NCBI GenBank assembly: GCA_011048995.1 | Contig: DSCS01000018.1 | Coordinates: 138,724 to 202,723, forward strand | Reading direction: 5' to 3' | Length of the DNA: 64,000 bases | Origin: Bacillota bacterium | Lineage (GTDB): Bacteria > Macinerneyibacteriota > Macinerneyibacteria > Macinerneyibacteriales > DSCS01 | Shown here: positions 18,228 to 28,068 of the stretch, one piece after another | Layout: each line of letters begins with the position of its first letter | Numbering within the stretch: the first letter of the stretch is position 1 | Program-made: the position numbers and the translations under genes | The notes under the pieces: model-generated | Told to the model about the DNA's origin: nothing | What the model saw: the letters and a program-made list of their open reading frames with translations, nothing else | Databases searched by the model: none

Positions 18228-18255
18228 TTGCATTTTTAGCTAACGCATATATAAT
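18228..18255 (+). promoter_or_regulatory. Sigma70-like promoter for the pilM operon (TTGCAT, 16 nt spacer, TATAAT)
   Basis: -35 at 18228-18233 and -10 at 18250-18255 in the 108-nt AT-rich gap after trpS. Confidence 0.45.
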
Positions 18256-18274
18256 AAAAAAAAAGGAGTGTTTT

Positions 18275-19246
18275 TTGCAAAGTTTGATCCTCTTCCCTTC
18301 AGGAAACAGCATAAAGGCCTTAGCCTTTGATAAGGGTTTCCAGTATTTGAGTCAAACTGCTGTTTTTGATTACAACGGCTCAGTGACAGACGGGATGAAC
18401 AGGCTCATGGATCAGTTTAAAGTCAAAAGTTATAACGATATAGCTTTCATCGCGCCGTTTAATGAAAGTTTTGTCAAGACTCTCGCAGTGAACAAAGTTG
18501 AAAAAAAATACCTGCGTCAGATCATCATCAATGAATATGAAGATATTCTCCAGTTGAAAGACGATAATTTTATATGGGATTTTGACGTGGTCGATGATAT
18601 GGGAGAAGAAAAAGAGCATATTATCGTCTCCGGTGTCAAAAGGAAATTTATCGAACGCTGGATCCCCCAGCTTATTATGAATAAAATGGAGCCGACAGTC
18701 ATTTTGCCGGAGCAGATCTCGCTTCTCAACGGACATTTTAATTATTCAGGGTACAGTCCTGTGATCTTTGTGGATTTAGGGCGGAAAAACAGCAACATCA
18801 TCATCTATGACAAGGAAAAAGATTTCTTTCAAATGGATGTCCCTGTGGGAGGCAATGATATGATTCGCAATATCAAGGATATTTGCGGCGTTGAGTGGGA
18901 TGAAGCGGAATCCATCCTGAAAGGGGAAAAAGAAGTACCTCAAGGCCCGGGCCGCTTTAAGGTCATCGCGCCGGTATTGGATCAGATCATCTATGAGGTC
19001 AAACGGGCGTTGATTTTTTATGAGAACAGATTTAAAGCAGCGGTCTTTCATCAGATCAATATTTCAGGCGGGGTCTCTTCTATTCCCGATGTCGCCTGGT
19101 ACATGAATTATGAATTGGGTATTCGTGTGGTTAAAAATGATTATTTTGCTCTTGTCAAAAAAAGTCCGGATATGTTGAGCAGCTCATTGTTAAAGGATTC
19201 CTTCGGGATCTTCTCCTGCATGGTAGGGGGGATGTTTATCTCATGA
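18275..19246 (+). CDS. pilM: Type IV pilus assembly ATPase-fold protein PilM-like
   Basis: Actin-like/FtsA-like fold signature. First gene of an M-N-O-P-Q set. TTG start 7 nt after RBS AAGGAG. Confidence 0.65.
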   Translation: MQSLILFPSGNSIKALAFDKGFQYLSQTAVFDYNGSVTDGMNRLMDQFKVKSYNDIAFIAPFNESFVKTLAVNKVEKKYLRQIIINEYEDILQLKDDNFIWDFDVVDDMGEEKEHIIVSGVKRKFIERWIPQLIMNKMEPTVILPEQISLLNGHFNYSGYSPVIFVDLGRKNSNIIIYDKEKDFFQMDVPVGGNDMIRNIKDICGVEWDEAESILKGEKEVPQGPGRFKVIAPVLDQIIYEVKRALIFYENRFKAAVFHQINISGGVSSIPDVAWYMNYELGIRVVKNDYFALVKKSPDMLSSSLLKDSFGIFSCMVGGMFIS

Positions 19247-19806
19247 ATTATTTTTCAATCAATCTTTATCCGCAAGGGGCCAAAAACAGACAAAAACGTG
19301 TGATTGTCAGACAAATGGATATTATTCATCATGTTCTTCTGATCAGCGCACTGGTTTTGACAGCGGTTTATCTTTATTTCATTGTGAATTCTCTGACGAT
19401 CAAAAGATCCATCAACAAGGAGCTTCAGACATTACAGGCTAAGGCCGTCGATCATCGCCTGACGGATCAGGAAAAGGATCATATCATTTTTATGCTTGAG
19501 AAAGAAAAGCATGAAGTCGTCATGGGGACGTTTTTGCGCGTGGTCAACCGATATATGATACGGGATATGATCGTTGCCGGAGTGCAGTTTAAACGGCTCC
19601 CTTATGAGCTTCACTTCTCTCTGGAGCTGAAATCTTCGGGATTGACCCGTTATAAAGTAGAGGATATCGAAGAAATGATCGACAGCATTATTCATGACAA
19701 AGTTTATAATTTAAAAATCACGGATGTGACCATTAAAGAGATGAACATTCAAAAAGGGAATCTGCTCAATGTGATCATCGGCGGGAAAGTGAGGATCTTT
19801 GAATAA
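19243..19806 (+). CDS. pilN: PilN-like inner-membrane pilus alignment protein
   Basis: N-terminal INLYPQG (the INLLP PilM-binding motif) followed by one TM. Overlaps pilM by 4 nt. Confidence 0.65.
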   Translation: MNYFSINLYPQGAKNRQKRVIVRQMDIIHHVLLISALVLTAVYLYFIVNSLTIKRSINKELQTLQAKAVDHRLTDQEKDHIIFMLEKEKHEVVMGTFLRVVNRYMIRDMIVAGVQFKRLPYELHFSLELKSSGLTRYKVEDIEEMIDSIIHDKVYNLKITDVTIKEMNIQKGNLLNVIIGGKVRIFE

Positions 19807-20260
19807 GACTCTGATCGCCCTGATTATAGCCCTTTTCCTCTCTAATATGATGATCCTTTCAAAGATCAGAGATGATATTGGAAATAAAAGGGATGAACTT
19901 AAAAAGCTGCGCCAGGAGATCACACAATGGGAATTTGTGCATGAAAACAAGGATCTGCAGACAATATTAAACCAAAACCGGATTATTCCCCTTTATTCTT
20001 ATACGGAAGCGATAAAAGACACGCTTTCTCTTTTTCAACGCAAAGGGATCAATCTGGGCAACGCCGACGTCAAACGGGCTGCGGGGAATGCCGTGGACAT
20101 TCGTATTGACATAGGCTGCTCCATGGATTCTTTTGTAAAGCTGATGGATCTGATCAATAACAATGAAAATATGATTGTCGTGGAAGAAGCCGATATGGAA
20201 AGCCGCGACGGGCGTTATCAGGCTTGGAGCTTGAAATTGAAAAGGTATTATAATTTATGA
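19799..20260 (+). CDS. pilO: PilO-like protein
   Basis: Position and topology: short cytoplasmic tail, one TM, coiled coil. No diagnostic motif. Confidence 0.4.
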   Translation: MNKTLIALIIALFLSNMMILSKIRDDIGNKRDELKKLRQEITQWEFVHENKDLQTILNQNRIIPLYSYTEAIKDTLSLFQRKGINLGNADVKRAAGNAVDIRIDIGCSMDSFVKLMDLINNNENMIVVEEADMESRDGRYQAWSLKLKRYYNL

Positions 20261-20661
20261 GAAGCCGTATTATCGGATTCATTGTTTTTATTGTATTCTT
20301 GTTTGTCTTTATGAAGGGGGCGGATATTGCCAAGGATATTATCTTTACCCGCTTTCAGGTAACAAGTGTGAATGAGAATGATACTTTTATTGAAAATGTC
20401 AAGGCGGCTTTAAAACAGATTGCGATTATAAAAGAAAAAAGAAAAACCTTCAAAGAAGTGACCCAAAAAGAAGATCCCGTAAACATCAGGGTCTTTTATC
20501 TCCTGATTTCTCCCCAAAAGGAAGCCGGGCTGTTTGTAAACGGCCGGGAGACCCTTGCTCATGAGGGAGAGAGTATCGGCAATGGTATGATTCTGCGGGA
20601 GATCCGTTCAGACGGCATTGTCGTGACGCAGGGAGAGCGGAACTACTTTGTTTCCAAATAA
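20257..20661 (+). CDS. pilP: PilP-like periplasmic protein
   Basis: Position between pilO and the secretin. N-terminal hydrophobic anchor. Small beta-rich C-terminus. Confidence 0.35.
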   Translation: MRSRIIGFIVFIVFLFVFMKGADIAKDIIFTRFQVTSVNENDTFIENVKAALKQIAIIKEKRKTFKEVTQKEDPVNIRVFYLLISPQKEAGLFVNGRETLAHEGESIGNGMILREIRSDGIVVTQGERNYFVSK

Positions 20662-20673
20662 GGGGAGGGGATT

Positions 20674-21948
20674 ATGAAAAATTCAATCATCGTTCTTTTT
20701 GTTTTTATATGGGCTGTTCTGCCTGTACTGGCTCAGGGGGAGGATCCTAAAATCAGTTTTGAGGCCAATAACGCCCCCATCTCATCTGTTTTGAAAAGTA
20801 TTGTCCGGCAGAATGATTTAAACCTTGTCCTGGGTTCGGGTATTATCGACAAGAGAATCTCCATCTCTTTAAAAGACGTGACTTTGGAAGTCGCTTTGGG
20901 GATGATTGCAAAATCCGGCGGTTTCGCTTATGAGCGCATCGGGAATACGATCCTGGTGGATTCCCCGGAACATCTTGAGACCCGCTTCACCTCACGTACC
21001 CGAGTCTATCCCCTGAACTACATCGGGGCAAAAGATGCCGCAGCTTCGCTTGCAGGTTTAAAAAATGTCAATATCAATGTCAATAACTCAGCCAATGCCC
21101 TTGTCGTATCCACGACTCCTGAGACGCATATGGAAATTGTTTCATTGATCAGCCAGCTGGATCTTGCCCCCAAACAGATTCTGATCCAGGCGCGGCTTAT
21201 TGAAGTCTCTTTAGACAAGACGAAAGCTGCCGGAATCAATTGGGATAAGCTGACCAGCCAGACTTTTATCTTTGCTGAGAGCGGCGCCGGTTTAAGCTCA
21301 GAGCCGGGAGTCATTCCCGATAATATGGGCTATACCGATCTTGATAACATCGGTGATTTTGCCCGGCAGATGAAAGTCTTTCAGGCTACAATAGACATGA
21401 TTATGAACAAGGGCTACGGAAAGATCCTTTCCAGTACGAAATTAGTGGCCATGAACAATGAGCAAGCCACAATTCATATCGGGGATATCATCCCTTATGT
21501 CGTCAAGACAGAAGAAGGGGATAATACAAATTATCAGGTAGAGCGCGAAGAGATCGGAATCAAGCTTACTATTGAACCCCGTATTGCCGAAGAGGGGAGC
21601 ATTACGGTTCATGTTAAACCTGAGGTCAGCAATATTTATGGCTGGAAGGGCCAGAACGCCGATATTCCCTGGGTCAAGACACGGACAGCGGAGACGAAAG
21701 TCACTGTCAAGGACGGCGAGCCTATCATCATCGCAGGCCTCCAGAATGAAAATGAGACGTATGAGCGCAAAGGATTATGGCCTCTTTCAGAGATCCCCGT
21801 ACTGAAGATTTTCTTTTCCTACCGTAAAAAAGTCGTGCAAAAAACAGATTTGATTATTGAGATCACGCCTTATATCGTCGACGATCCTGCAGGGGACGCT
21901 GAAAAGGCGCATAAGGCCATGGAAGAGATCCTTGACAGAGCGCAATGA
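20674..21948 (+). CDS. pilQ: Secretin (PilQ/GspD family, short form without AMIN domains)
   Basis: Signal peptide. N0/N1-like domain. C-terminal secretin block ...GYGKILSSTKLVAMNNEQATIHIGDIIPYV...PVLKIFFSYR. Confidence 0.75.
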   Translation: MKNSIIVLFVFIWAVLPVLAQGEDPKISFEANNAPISSVLKSIVRQNDLNLVLGSGIIDKRISISLKDVTLEVALGMIAKSGGFAYERIGNTILVDSPEHLETRFTSRTRVYPLNYIGAKDAAASLAGLKNVNINVNNSANALVVSTTPETHMEIVSLISQLDLAPKQILIQARLIEVSLDKTKAAGINWDKLTSQTFIFAESGAGLSSEPGVIPDNMGYTDLDNIGDFARQMKVFQATIDMIMNKGYGKILSSTKLVAMNNEQATIHIGDIIPYVVKTEEGDNTNYQVEREEIGIKLTIEPRIAEEGSITVHVKPEVSNIYGWKGQNADIPWVKTRTAETKVTVKDGEPIIIAGLQNENETYERKGLWPLSEIPVLKIFFSYRKKVVQKTDLIIEITPYIVDDPAGDAEKAHKAMEEILDRAQ

Positions 21949-23420
21949 TCAGGGCTGATTTCTTCGATCGCACTCCACGGCGTATTGTGCCGCTATTTCT
22001 CATCGGACTGGCCTTAGGGTTTTTAATTTATACTCCTTTTGCAGGGTTTTGGGCCTCTCTGGTTGCCTATGTTCCTTTTTTCCTGATCCTTTCCGGGGAG
22101 ATGAAGAGGAAAAAAAGGCTTCTGCTCTTATTTGTTTACGGCTTTGCTTTTTACCTTCCGAATATTTATTGGATCTACCGTTTTACCTATCTGGGCATCT
22201 TTCTCGTGATTCTTTATCAGATCCTCTTTGTGGCCTTGCTTTGGCCGATAAGGCGTTTTTTGAAAAAAATCCCCGGGGGGCTTTTTCTTCTGCCCGGTGT
22301 CTGGGCTCTTATCGAATGGGTCAAAGGATGCGGCCCGATGGGGTATTCCTGGAATGAGCCGGGAAACGCCGCAGCGACGTTTATACCGGCCGCTTTACCG
22401 GCGCAATGGGGCGGAGTCCATCTGCTGACGTTGATGATCCTGACGATTAATTATTTGATTTCCGCTTTCTTTCTTAAAAAGAACACGACTTATTTGAAAG
22501 GCGCCGCAGCGCTGCTCTTTATCCTTCTGGGTTCTTCTCTTTTTGCTCCTCCTGCATTTCAAACAGAAAAACCTGTCCGCACAGCTATGATTCAGCCCTC
22601 CATTGACCTCTATGCTAAATGGGATGAAGCCTTTATCCGGCAAAATATGGGTATTTATAAAGAGTTGGCGTCTCTTGTCTCCCCGGACGCTCATCTGGTG
22701 GTTTGGCCCGAGACAGCTTTTTCTTCCGGGATTCTGTGGTATCCGCCGGAAAAAGAAGCCATTGTTGATATTATCAAGGGACAAAAGGGGACGGCCGCCC
22801 ATCTTGTGGGAAGCAGTCATTATGAGAGGAACAATATTTATAATTCCCTTTTTCTTGTCGATGCGCAGGGCCGGTATTCCCGCTATGACAAGATCTGCCT
22901 TCTTCCCATTGCCGAGTTTCTTCCCTTTCCGAAACTGACATCCTTTCTTTTGAAATTATATCCCATCCAGTACACATTGACTCCGGGCCGAAACAGAGAA
23001 CCTTTTGAGCTTGAAGGGTACCGTTTTCACGGGATCATCTGCTTTGAGTCCATATTCAGTGATTTCGTCAACAGCCTGATGAGGGAAAAGAGCGAATTCC
23101 TTGTGATCAGCACGAATGACGGATGGTTCGAAGGAACTATGGCTCCTCTTCATCATCTGTTGCAGGCACGTCTCCGGGCCATCGAGCAGCAAAAATATGT
23201 GGCCCAATGCGCGAATAGCGGGATTTCGGCCCTTATCGATAACCGGGGCCGCATTTACCAAAAGACGCCCATGAAGGAGCGCACTGTGCTGGAGGGGACG
23301 TTATACGCTCGCGCAGATTCTTCATTTTACTCCCGGCACGGGAATCTGCTCTTTTTTATCGCGCTTTTCCTCCCTTGCCTTATCCCCCTGAAATATCTGA
23401 TTCTCCGCAAGCCGGACTGA
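21945..23420 (+). CDS. lnt: Apolipoprotein N-acyltransferase
   Basis: Multi-TM N-terminus. CN-hydrolase domain with VWPETAF (Glu), K, and the CFESIF catalytic Cys. Confidence 0.85.
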   Translation: MIRADFFDRTPRRIVPLFLIGLALGFLIYTPFAGFWASLVAYVPFFLILSGEMKRKKRLLLLFVYGFAFYLPNIYWIYRFTYLGIFLVILYQILFVALLWPIRRFLKKIPGGLFLLPGVWALIEWVKGCGPMGYSWNEPGNAAATFIPAALPAQWGGVHLLTLMILTINYLISAFFLKKNTTYLKGAAALLFILLGSSLFAPPAFQTEKPVRTAMIQPSIDLYAKWDEAFIRQNMGIYKELASLVSPDAHLVVWPETAFSSGILWYPPEKEAIVDIIKGQKGTAAHLVGSSHYERNNIYNSLFLVDAQGRYSRYDKICLLPIAEFLPFPKLTSFLLKLYPIQYTLTPGRNREPFELEGYRFHGIICFESIFSDFVNSLMREKSEFLVISTNDGWFEGTMAPLHHLLQARLRAIEQQKYVAQCANSGISALIDNRGRIYQKTPMKERTVLEGTLYARADSSFYSRHGNLLFFIALFLPCLIPLKYLILRKPD

Positions 23421-23498
23421 AACATCTGCAAAAAAGACCCTTTTTTTATTGCCCCTTGAGATAATCCCTTGTAAAATGATGTAAAAAAAAAAGAGGGG

Positions 23499-24785
23499 AT
23501 GATGGAAATCATTTTACGCGACATTGAAATCATTTATCCCGACAAGCCTTCTGAAAAGGGGGACATTGTCATTCAAAAGGGGTCGCTTTATGATATTTGT
23601 GCTCCGGGCAAGGCCCCGAAAGGGAAAAAGGAGATAGACTGCAGAGGCTTGACTGCTTTCCCGGGAGTCATTGATATGCATGCTCATCTCAGAGAGCCCG
23701 GGCAGAACCCTGAAAATATTGAAAGCGGAACACGGGCCGCCGTCGCCGGGGGGATTACCACTGTCGTGGCGATGCCCAACACCCGGCCACCCTGTGATTC
23801 GGCCGCTGTTTATGAAGCCATCTGTAAAATGGCCGGATCCACAGGCCATTGCCCTGTCATACAGGCCTTTTCGGGTTCCCGCGGCCTCAAGGGAAGAGAA
23901 CTCTCCGATTTCCCCGGAATAGACGCTCTCAAAGCTGTCTCTGATGACGGCATCAGTGTTGAAGATACAGGCCTTTTAAGGGAGATCCTTCGTTTTTGCC
24001 GGGAAAAAGATCTGGTCTATTTGTCCCATCCCGAAGACCTGTCATTGCGCCGGGACGGTGTGATCCATGAGGGGACAACGGCAAAACGCCTGGGGCTTCC
24101 CGGGATCCCGGGAGCTGTGGAAGATATCAGAACATACAGGGACGCCGCAGTAGGGGCCCTTGAAAAGGCGCGTTTACATTTCTGCCATGTTTCCACAGAA
24201 GAGAGCCTGGAGATCATTAAACATTTTAAAAAGAGATCTCCGTTGATCTCATGTGAAGTCACTCCGCATCATTTTACTCTCTCTGAAGAAGAAATCCCGG
24301 GAGATGACGCCCTTTATAAGATGAGTCCGCCACTGCGCGCGAAGACAGACAGAGAGGCTTTGATCAAAGGGCTTGCAGACGGGAGTGTCGATGTCATCGC
24401 CACGGACCATGCTCCCCATGCGATGAAAGACAAATCTCTCGGATTTTTGAAAGCTCCTTTCGGAATCACAGGATTTGAGACTCTTATTCCGTTATCCATC
24501 GAGATCCTTCATCATCGTTATCAGCTGCCTCTCAGCCGGTTGGCGACTCTTCTTTCCGCCAATCCGGCAAGAATCCTTAAAATGAACGGGCGGGGCAATA
24601 TCCGCATAGGAGATGAAGCCTGGCTTACCGTCATTGACATTCATGCCAAAAAAAGCCTCACTCCGGACAGTTTAAAGACCAAAGGGAAAAACACTCCCTT
24701 TACAGGCCGGGAACTGAGAGGTGTGCCCCGGTTCACTGTTATCAAAGGAGAGGTCTATGACGTTGAAAGGGACCTATGGCTATGA
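23499..24785 (+). CDS. pyrC: Dihydroorotase
   Basis: Amidohydrolase metal ligands DMHAHLREPG...TDHAPH. Confidence 0.9.
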   Translation: MMEIILRDIEIIYPDKPSEKGDIVIQKGSLYDICAPGKAPKGKKEIDCRGLTAFPGVIDMHAHLREPGQNPENIESGTRAAVAGGITTVVAMPNTRPPCDSAAVYEAICKMAGSTGHCPVIQAFSGSRGLKGRELSDFPGIDALKAVSDDGISVEDTGLLREILRFCREKDLVYLSHPEDLSLRRDGVIHEGTTAKRLGLPGIPGAVEDIRTYRDAAVGALEKARLHFCHVSTEESLEIIKHFKKRSPLISCEVTPHHFTLSEEEIPGDDALYKMSPPLRAKTDREALIKGLADGSVDVIATDHAPHAMKDKSLGFLKAPFGITGFETLIPLSIEILHHRYQLPLSRLATLLSANPARILKMNGRGNIRIGDEAWLTVIDIHAKKSLTPDSLKTKGKNTPFTGRELRGVPRFTVIKGEVYDVERDLWL

Positions 24786-25543
24786 AGGTCAAAGAGATCA
24801 CAATTAAAGAGAATATGCTTCTTACGGATTCGGTGTGCCTTCTTTCTTTTTCAGACCCTCAATGGGCGGCAGAGACAAGGCCCGGGCAATTTTTCAATAT
24901 ATTGGTAAGCCGGGAAACGGACCCTCTTTTGAGACGCCCGATAAGCATCGGAGACATCAAAGGCGGGACGTTATACTTTTTTTATAAGATCGTCGGAAAG
25001 GGGACAGAGATCCTCTCCCGCAAAAGAAAAGGGGAGACACTCAGCGTAATGGGCCCTTTGGGGAAAGGTTTCCCCGCAGACGGAGAAAAAAACTGTCTGA
25101 TAGGAGGCGGGATAGGTGTTGCCCCGCTTATCTATTTGTTACGTGTTTTGACTGAAAACAAGAAAAAAGCTGTGCTCCATGGAGGATTTCCCTCAGCAGG
25201 AGAAGATTATCTGACGCCTTACCAGGATAACGGCCTTTTCCGTTCCAAGGAGAACCTTTTTATCTACACTGAAGACGGAAGCCGCGGAGAAAAGGGATAT
25301 CCTACAAAAAACATTGAAAAAATGAGCGGAAATCAACGGCTTCTTACCTGCGGCCCCCTTCCCCTGATGAAAGCGGCAGAGCAAGAGGGGCGTAAAAAAG
25401 AGTGGGCAAGCTGGCATTCTCTGGAAGAGAGGATGGCCTGTGGAGCCGGGGCGTGCCTGGGATGTGTGGTACAGACTCTGAAAGGGCATCAGTTGGTCTG
25501 TAAGGATGGGCCTGTCTTTACGGGGAAGGAATTGCCATGGTAA
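24776..25543 (+). CDS. pyrK: Dihydroorotate dehydrogenase electron-transfer subunit
   Basis: FAD/NAD-binding ferredoxin-reductase fold and C-terminal 2Fe-2S Cys CGAGACLGC. Confidence 0.85.
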   Translation: MAMKVKEITIKENMLLTDSVCLLSFSDPQWAAETRPGQFFNILVSRETDPLLRRPISIGDIKGGTLYFFYKIVGKGTEILSRKRKGETLSVMGPLGKGFPADGEKNCLIGGGIGVAPLIYLLRVLTENKKKAVLHGGFPSAGEDYLTPYQDNGLFRSKENLFIYTEDGSRGEKGYPTKNIEKMSGNQRLLTCGPLPLMKAAEQEGRKKEWASWHSLEERMACGAGACLGCVVQTLKGHQLVCKDGPVFTGKELPW

Positions 25544-26454
25544 AATGCGAAGTAAAGATCGGCGATGCTGTTTTTAAAAATTTTGTATTTACTGCATCGG
25601 GCACTTTCGGCTATGGCGATGAATATGAAGATATTTTCGATCCTGCTCTTTTGGGCGGGATTTGCAGCAAGGGGCTGACACGGTTTCCCCGTGAAGGGAA
25701 TCCGCCCCCCCGTCTAACGGAGACCCCTTCAGGACTGTTGAACAGTGTGGGCTTGCAAAATATGGGTGTTGAAGCTTTTCTTGAGAAGAAGATACCCGAA
25801 CTTGTGAAAAAAAAAGTCACCGTGATCGCCAATATCGCAGGGAACACTCTTGAGGAATTTCAAGAGATGACAGCGCTTTGCGATAAAGCCGGAGGCATCA
25901 CCGCCGTGGAACTGAATGTGTCCTGCCCTAATGTCAAGGAAGGGGGCATGGCTTTCGGCGTGAACGAAGAGCATATCCGTTCGATTACAGCCGCCTGCAG
26001 GGCCGCGACAACAAAAGCACTCATCGTCAAGCTTTCACCCAATGTCACAGATATTACCGCTATGGCCGGGGCTGCTCTGGAAGGAGGGGCTGACGCATTG
26101 ACTGTGGCGAACACCCTTCTGGGCATGGCTGTCGATGTTGATAAAAGGGCTCCGTCCATTGCCAATGTCTTTGCCGGGCTCTCAGGCCCGGCGATTAAGC
26201 CCGTGGCGCTTCGCCTGGTCTATCAGGTGAAAAAGTCTTTTCCTGAAGCGACGATCATGGCCTCGGGGGGTATCGTTTCTCCCCGGGATGCCCTTGAATT
26301 CTTTATGGCCGGGGCTTCAGCCGTCCAGATAGGGACAGGGCTTTTCAGAGACCCTGAATTGCCTCTTCATGTCCTCGAGGGGGTAAAAGAATTTTGTGTT
26401 GAAAACGGTTTTCCTTCCGTGGGTGCGGTCACGGGATTAGCCATAAGGAGATAA
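25537..26454 (+). CDS. pyrD: Dihydroorotate dehydrogenase catalytic subunit (class 1B)
   Basis: TIM-barrel DHOD motifs NASGTFGYG, ELNVSCPN, catalytic Cys. Confidence 0.9.
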   Translation: MVKCEVKIGDAVFKNFVFTASGTFGYGDEYEDIFDPALLGGICSKGLTRFPREGNPPPRLTETPSGLLNSVGLQNMGVEAFLEKKIPELVKKKVTVIANIAGNTLEEFQEMTALCDKAGGITAVELNVSCPNVKEGGMAFGVNEEHIRSITAACRAATTKALIVKLSPNVTDITAMAGAALEGGADALTVANTLLGMAVDVDKRAPSIANVFAGLSGPAIKPVALRLVYQVKKSFPEATIMASGGIVSPRDALEFFMAGASAVQIGTGLFRDPELPLHVLEGVKEFCVENGFPSVGAVTGLAIRR

Positions 26455-26455
26455 A

Positions 26456-27262
26456 ATGAATTTTTTAGAAAAGTATAACCGGGCGGTAAGAGAGAATGAA
26501 TCGCTTTTATGTGTGGGGTTGGACAGTGATGCCGGAAAATTGCCTGAGTGCCTGAAAAAAGAAAAAAACCCTGTTCTTGCCTTTAACAGGGAGATCATCG
26601 CTGCAACAAAAGACATTGTCTGTGTCTATAAGCCTAATGCAGCCTTTTATGAATCAGCCGGCCGGGAAGGGGCGGAAGCCTGGGAGGCCGTAACGGAAAT
26701 GGCCGGAGAGATCCCCGTCATTGCTGATGTGAAGCGTGGTGATATCGGTAATACGGCCGCTCATTATGCCAAAGCCCTTTTTGAAAGGAATGCTTTTGAC
26801 GCAGCAACGCTGAATCCTCTCATGGGGAAAGATACCGTTGAGCCCTTTTTGAAATATGAAGGCGTCTATCTTTTCCTTTTGGGGCTGACCTCTAATGCGT
26901 CAGCCGGAGATTTTGAATATACGGGTTCTCTTTATAAAAAAATTGCAAAAAAAACAAAAGCGTGGAATGGAGAATTCGGCCATCGGCTCGGCCTTGTGGC
27001 AGGAGCCACAAAACCAAAAGAATTGAAAAAAATACGTGCTATTGCATCCCGGGAGATCCTTCTTATCCCGGGGATCGGTGCACAGGGCGGAAACATCCGC
27101 GAAACGGTAAAAGCCGGGTTCAGCGGAAAAGAAGGCAACATGATCATCAATGTCTCCCGGGCCGTTCTTTTTGCCGGCTCAGGGCCTGATTTTGCCGAAA
27201 AAGCCCGACAGGAAGCTTTGCGTTACAGGGAGATGATAAATGAAGCAAGGAGGCTCGGATGA
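26456..27262 (+). CDS. pyrF: Orotidine-5'-phosphate decarboxylase (type 2)
   Basis: LCVGLDSD...DVKRGDIGNTA motif. Confidence 0.85.
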   Translation: MNFLEKYNRAVRENESLLCVGLDSDAGKLPECLKKEKNPVLAFNREIIAATKDIVCVYKPNAAFYESAGREGAEAWEAVTEMAGEIPVIADVKRGDIGNTAAHYAKALFERNAFDAATLNPLMGKDTVEPFLKYEGVYLFLLGLTSNASAGDFEYTGSLYKKIAKKTKAWNGEFGHRLGLVAGATKPKELKKIRAIASREILLIPGIGAQGGNIRETVKAGFSGKEGNMIINVSRAVLFAGSGPDFAEKARQEALRYREMINEARRLG

Positions 27263-27972
27263 AAAAATGCATTCAATGCAATACACTCATGGATGAAAAG
27301 GAAACAGTGTGTCCTTCCTGCGGGTGCCAACAGACGCCTGAATACGGGAGCAACGCAGAGAACAGTTTTGATGACAAAAGCCTTACCTGGGGAGAGCGGC
27401 TGGTAGGTACCATCCGGGAAGTCATGACAGCTCCCAATGCTTTTTTTGATTCCCTGGGGCCTGACAAAGAGATCGGAGGGGCTTTTCTCTACTATTTTGT
27501 CCTTGTTCTGATTTCGACAATTGCTGCACTTTTTTGGCAATCCGTCTTGCCGCAGCCTTTTCCCTTCTTTTCTCAAAATTCCGAATTGGCCGCCGGGGCT
27601 ATGCCTCTGAGCAGGCTTCCTTTCTTTTTGTCTGTTGCTCTTATTGGCGGGCTGATCGCTCCTTTTATCACAGCAGGATTGTATCATCTGGTTCTTCGGC
27701 TTTTCGGCGAAGGGGAACGAGGGTTTAATACGACGCTCAGAGTGATCCTTTTTTCACAGACAGCAGCGATTTTGAATATTATTCCTCTGGCCGGCTCGTT
27801 TTTTGCCAATATCTGGTCATTAGCCCTGCAGGCCATGGGGTTGTCCCGGCGCCATCATATCTCTTTGGGAAAAGCCCTGCTTGTCATCTTTGGGACGATT
27901 TTCTTTTTGGTCGTCATCATTGTTCTCTTAGTCGTCTTTATCCTGGTGGCACTGAATGTTCCCGTGAAATAA
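27259..27972 (+). CDS. Yip1-domain membrane protein with N-terminal zinc ribbon
   Basis: CxxC...CxxC in the first 25 aa, then 5 TM helices of Yip1-like topology. Confidence 0.55.
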   Translation: MKKCIQCNTLMDEKETVCPSCGCQQTPEYGSNAENSFDDKSLTWGERLVGTIREVMTAPNAFFDSLGPDKEIGGAFLYYFVLVLISTIAALFWQSVLPQPFPFFSQNSELAAGAMPLSRLPFFLSVALIGGLIAPFITAGLYHLVLRLFGEGERGFNTTLRVILFSQTAAILNIIPLAGSFFANIWSLALQAMGLSRRHHISLGKALLVIFGTIFFLVVIIVLLVVFILVALNVPVK

Positions 27973-27995
27973 GGAAGTAATCGTAAAGGGAAAAG

Positions 27996-28046
27996 AAATA
28001 AAAAATATAATATTTTTATTGAAAGATAATCAGATGCACCTATAAT
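27996..28046 (+). promoter_or_regulatory. Promoter of the Fur/PerR-like gene (TTGAAA, 16 nt spacer, TATAAT) overlapped by an AT-rich inverted repeat (candidate autoregulatory operator)
   Basis: Near-palindrome AAATAAAAAATATAATATTTTTATT at 27996-28020 abuts or overlaps the -35 at 28019-28024. -10 at 28041-28046. Confidence 0.5.
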
Positions 28047-28068
28047 GGGAGACTCAGGGAGTTGATAT

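Noticed and set aside
23446-23477. Promoter for the pyr operon (candidate TTGCCC, 17 nt spacer, TAAAAT)
   Set aside because: The hexamers are weak and alternative alignments exist. It is not listed as a feature. There is no PyrR-type attenuator.
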